From NCBI GenBank assembly GCA_963674735.2, contig CAXXQS010000002.1:1952001-2016000 (forward strand): a DNA stretch of 64,000 nt. The letters are read 5' to 3'. Positions 60,889 to 64,000 of the stretch are shown here, piece after piece. The stretch comes from Myxococcota bacterium (GTDB lineage: Bacteria > Myxococcota_A > SURF-8). Position 1 is the stretch's first letter. The number at the start of each line of letters is the position of its first letter. Under the pieces are notes generated by a model. That model was not told where the DNA came from and made no database searches. It worked only from the letters and a program-made list of their open reading frames with translations. Made by a program: the position numbers and the translations under genes.

Positions 60889-61971
60889 TCAGTCGGGATT
60901 GCTGGTGGTCATAATCCCATCTTTCACCCACACTTCAGGGCTTTCCGTGAGGAAATTCCCTTCGGGTTCGCCGAAGGGATGATGCCAGTCGGCGGTTTCC
61001 GGGCTGGTGTTTCCGTCATTGAACAGGAAACGAAGGTCGATTCCCGGTGTTAGTGTGGCTTCCGCCCACCACCAGACGCCCGTTCCGCGTCCTGCTCCTT
61101 GAGTCATTGCCAGTCCGGGGAAAGAAGTCCAGGGACCGGCTTCCAGACCGGTTGTGCTGTAGTAAAGATAGGGTTGGGTCCAGCCGGAGAAGAAATGGAC
61201 TCGGTACGTGTTGGTGGTTGCATCCAGCTCACTTTCCGTTTCGACATCGCCGTCCGTTTCGACATCGCCGTCAGTTTCGACATCGTCGTCGGTTTCGACA
61301 TCGTCGTCGGTTTCGACATCGCCGTCGGTTTCGACATCGCCGTCGGTTTCGACATCGCCGTCGGTTTCGACATCGCCGTCAGTTTCGACATCGCCGTCAG
61401 TTTCGACATCGCCGTCGGTTTCAATATCGCCGTCGGTTTCGACATCGCCGTCGGGATCATCTCCATCGGTGGGAGTGTCGGGATTCTGGGTGTAGAGTTT
61501 TCCGTCTTTCACCCACACTTCGGCCTCTTGCGTGGCAAAATGACAATCGTAACAATCCTCTTGGCCGAAGGGTTTGATCCATACCGCCTGGGTCTGGTCT
61601 TCATGGCCGTCGTTGAAAAGAAAATGAAGCTGAGGAGCTTCGATCGACCCGCTCCACCCATACCAATCATTGCCTTCATCAGTCATTGCACTACCGGGAT
61701 AGCTGACGAAACCCGTTCCGCCATCCGTGCTGTAATAGAGGTAAGGCGAGAATGATGCGTGAAGGTGTACGGTGAAATTGAAGGTGTCGCCATCGGTGGG
61801 ATCATCGCCGTCGCTGGGTGTCCATTCATGTTCATCGCCATCGGTGAATGGGTTGTCGCCATCGGGCAAATCACCGTCTTGGGCGTCCTCGCCACCCGTG
61901 GAACAGGCGACGATCATTCCCATCAGGATGAGACCGAAAATCAATCCTAACCGATGTCTGTTCCAACGCAT
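60889..61971 (-). CDS. lipoprotein with two related aromatic beta-domains (CBM26-like, tentative) and an acidic repeat linker
   Basis: lipobox IVAC; duplicated PYLYYST...PG.AMT...W...FLFNDG...EVWVKDG domain. Confidence 0.7.
   Translation of the reverse strand: MRWNRHRLGLIFGLILMGMIVACSTGGEDAQDGDLPDGDNPFTDGDEHEWTPSDGDDPTDGDTFNFTVHLHASFSPYLYYSTDGGTGFVSYPGSAMTDEGNDWYGWSGSIEAPQLHFLFNDGHEDQTQAVWIKPFGQEDCYDCHFATQEAEVWVKDGKLYTQNPDTPTDGDDPDGDVETDGDIETDGDVETDGDVETDGDVETDGDVETDGDVETDGDVETDDDVETDDDVETDGDVETDGDVETESELDATTNTYRVHFFSGWTQPYLYYSTTGLEAGPWTSFPGLAMTQGAGRGTGVWWWAEATLTPGIDLRFLFNDGNTSPETADWHHPFGEPEGNFLTESPEVWVKDGIMTTSNPD
61237..61452. repeat. 12 x 18-bp coding tandem repeat (DGDVET)
   Basis: unit approximately GTTTCGACATCGCCGTC(G/A/C) on the plus strand; variants DGDIET and DDDVET. 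Confidence 0.95.
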
Positions 61972-61981
61972 GAAAATTCTC

Positions 61982-63154
61982 CTAATGGGCGGTTGAATTT
62001 CGCTTTCGCCATTGCTCTTGTTCTTGTCTCGTCGAATGTTGCTCCGTTTCGATCAGATCGGGGAGCACGTCGTCCGGGCCGATGGCCTGGGCGGCGGCGT
62101 AGAGAGCCTGCGCATAGGCGATGAGCATGTCCCGGTTGTGAAGAGCAGCGAGCCAGTCCGCTGGGAACGCGTTTTTGCCATGCAGAGCGCCTAGGGCGGC
62201 TCCCGTCAGGGCTCCGACGGTATCGGTGTCGCCGCCCAGTGTGGCGGCTTGAATCAGGGCTTCACGTGGATCGCGGATGAACGCCAAAGAAAGCACCAAC
62301 GCCAAGGCAACGGATGCCGGAGCATAGCCGGATGTGGCACGGATATTGGAGAACAAACTGGTTGCCGAAGCATTTCTTTCGATGTCCTCAAGGGCTGCTT
62401 CGACGGGTTTTGTGGTCCACTCGGGCAGTTGTTTGAGGACGTGCATCCAAGGATCATCGGGTTCCGGCGGAGCGATCAGATAGGGAGCATATTCCCCTGC
62501 CAGCACCTCCCAAGCACGGGTTCCGCCACGGAGAAGATCGTGAGCCACGTCTTCGACGACCACTCGGCCGGGTTGCTGTGTTGACAGGAGTGCCGTGAAT
62601 TGGGCTTGGGTGACGGCCGCCAGGATGCCGGTTGCCCGGCGATGGGTGGGCAGGGCGCAGTCGATGGTGGCACGGATCAAATGTTGGGGGTCGTCGCGGT
62701 AGAAAATACCCAGCGGCGCAACACGCAGGGCGGCCCCATTGCCGGATGAATCCAGTCCCGAACGATTCCAGGGTTCTCCGCGACGCCATTCGTCCAGCGA
62801 ACGACGGAAATTCGCTCCCACTCCGCGTAGGGCTCCCAAATCCGGTTCGCCGCCGGATTGAGCATCGGCCAGCTTGAGGCAGGTATCGATAAACAGGTCG
62901 GGCGAAAAAACACCGGCCGTGATCAGGACACGAGCGACGGCCAAAGCTTGCTGGGTGTCGTCGGTATACAGGCCGGGTTGTCGCCAGGCCGTGCCGTGAT
63001 GGTCGCCCAAGTCCAACATCTGTTCGATGCGGCCGAAACGTTCGGCGATTTCACGTCGACCAAGCCCTTCAACGGGAGCGCCCAGCGCATCGCCTAGAGC
63101 TCCTCCGATCAGCACTCCGATAAAACGGTCTTTCAGTTCCATGTCTTTTTTCAT
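61982..63154 (-). CDS. ADP-ribosylglycohydrolase (DraG/ARH family)
   Basis: GDALG, YTDDT, GNGAALR, TH, GGDTDTVG. Confidence 0.93.
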   Translation of the reverse strand: MKKDMELKDRFIGVLIGGALGDALGAPVEGLGRREIAERFGRIEQMLDLGDHHGTAWRQPGLYTDDTQQALAVARVLITAGVFSPDLFIDTCLKLADAQSGGEPDLGALRGVGANFRRSLDEWRRGEPWNRSGLDSSGNGAALRVAPLGIFYRDDPQHLIRATIDCALPTHRRATGILAAVTQAQFTALLSTQQPGRVVVEDVAHDLLRGGTRAWEVLAGEYAPYLIAPPEPDDPWMHVLKQLPEWTTKPVEAALEDIERNASATSLFSNIRATSGYAPASVALALVLSLAFIRDPREALIQAATLGGDTDTVGALTGAALGALHGKNAFPADWLAALHNRDMLIAYAQALYAAAQAIGPDDVLPDLIETEQHSTRQEQEQWRKRNSTAH

Positions 63155-63318
63155 CCTTTACCGTTCCGACCCGTAAAAATTACCACACCCTCTTTCAAAT
63201 GCAAAGTCCGTGCATGGTCGTCGAAAACGAATCATGACTTTTTTCTTTGCATACGGACCGAGCTGAGCGACAATGCGGCCGTTCGGGCCAATCCGAACCT
63301 TGTGAAGGAGAAAGAAAC

Positions 63319-63756
63319 ATGGCCGACTCGGCAAAGAAACTGGAACCCGGCAAGCGCGTAACTTTGGACATCACTTTGAAGCTGGCCAATGGGGAATTGA
63401 TTTCCAGTTCCAAAGAAGAAGGGCCACTCACATTTACGGTGGGTGATGAAAGTGTTGTCCCCGGCCTGGAAGCCGGTTTGCTCGGTCTTTGCGAAGGTGA
63501 GAGCTTCGATATTCAGGTGGCACCGGAAGAGGCCTACGGCGTTTTCGATGAAGACGCCTATGAGCTGGTTCCCTCCGATGCCTTTGCCGATGAAATCGAA
63601 GAGGGTGAGGATTATGTCTTTGAGGATGAGGATGGTGAGCCGATTATCGTCACGGTCGCCGAAATCAGCGAAGAGGGCGTATTGCTCGACTTCAACCACC
63701 CGCTGGCTGGTGAAGCTCTTAATTTCACTGGTGTAATAACGAAAGTGGAAGACTAA
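63319..63756 (+). CDS. slyD: FKBP-type peptidyl-prolyl isomerase, SlyD-like without His-rich tail
   Basis: VPGLEAGL, APEEAYG, DFNHPLAG; ATG 63319 after AAGGAG. Confidence 0.88.
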   Translation: MADSAKKLEPGKRVTLDITLKLANGELISSSKEEGPLTFTVGDESVVPGLEAGLLGLCEGESFDIQVAPEEAYGVFDEDAYELVPSDAFADEIEEGEDYVFEDEDGEPIIVTVAEISEEGVLLDFNHPLAGEALNFTGVITKVED

Positions 63757-63777
63757 AAGCCTGTGGTCGGCCGGGAC

Positions 63778-64000
63778 TTACTCCGTCTCCTCGGCGGGGA
63801 CTTTCCCGGCTTCGTTGGCCTCTCGGCGCTGTTCCTCTTCCAATATGCGATCGGAATGGGGGACGGCTTTGATCATCCACTCCACCCGAAGTTTGGTTTG
63901 CTCCGTATCGGAGAGTTTGCCGCGTGTCAGTCCTTGTTCGGCTCGTGCCAGGAAGAAGCGTTGGACGGACAGGGCGCAGGCCACGGAGATATTGAAGCTT
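63778..64000 (-). CDS. trmH: TrmH/SpoU-family RNA methyltransferase, 3' part (truncated by the window edge)
   Basis: frame stays open to the window end and reads SFNISVACAL (SpoU motif 3), followed by a TrmH-like C-terminal helix. Confidence 0.7.
   Translation of the reverse strand, partial: SFNISVACALSVQRFFLARAEQGLTRGKLSDTEQTKLRVEWMIKAVPHSDRILEEEQRREANEAGKVPAEETE

Noticed and set aside
61047-61755. Repetitive ORFs (FRHRRR, FDIAVG, STSPSV, MSKPTA) over the 18-bp repeat
   Set aside because: These are alternative frames of the DGDVET coding repeat, which sits in-frame within a lipoprotein.

Overview
Bacterial chromosome segment, probably Myxococcota or another deltaproteobacterium (inferred from a MYXO-CTERM-like sorting tail, Cys-rich and acidic DGD-repeat lipoproteins, and a STAS gene inside the dcw cluster). 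In order it holds: yajC-secD-secF; a dcw cell-division cluster on the minus strand (mraZ to ftsZ, no murD or murB, ftsA broken by a 1-nt frameshift); a long RelA/SpoT homologue whose synthetase motifs are degenerate; a divergent thiolase plus FadN-like pair; a toxin-immunity locus; a sigma54-type sugar-modification/glycosylation cluster; and assorted housekeeping and exported-protein genes. The most notable element is at 26.3-31.6 kb. A small MuF-like/AHH-nuclease toxin gene with no phage context is followed by seven tandem, mosaic Imm11/DUF1629-like immunity genes. Each immunity gene is preceded by a 30-nt copy of ten codons at the toxin 3' end (EPGM[I/V]RSEWY), and these copies differ almost only at synonymous positions. 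This suggests an immunity-cassette array built by recombination at the toxin 3' tip. The mraZ/RSH intergenic region also carries four phased MraZ-type boxes and two NrdR-like boxes 32 bp apart. All family assignments come from motif recognition by eye, not database searches.
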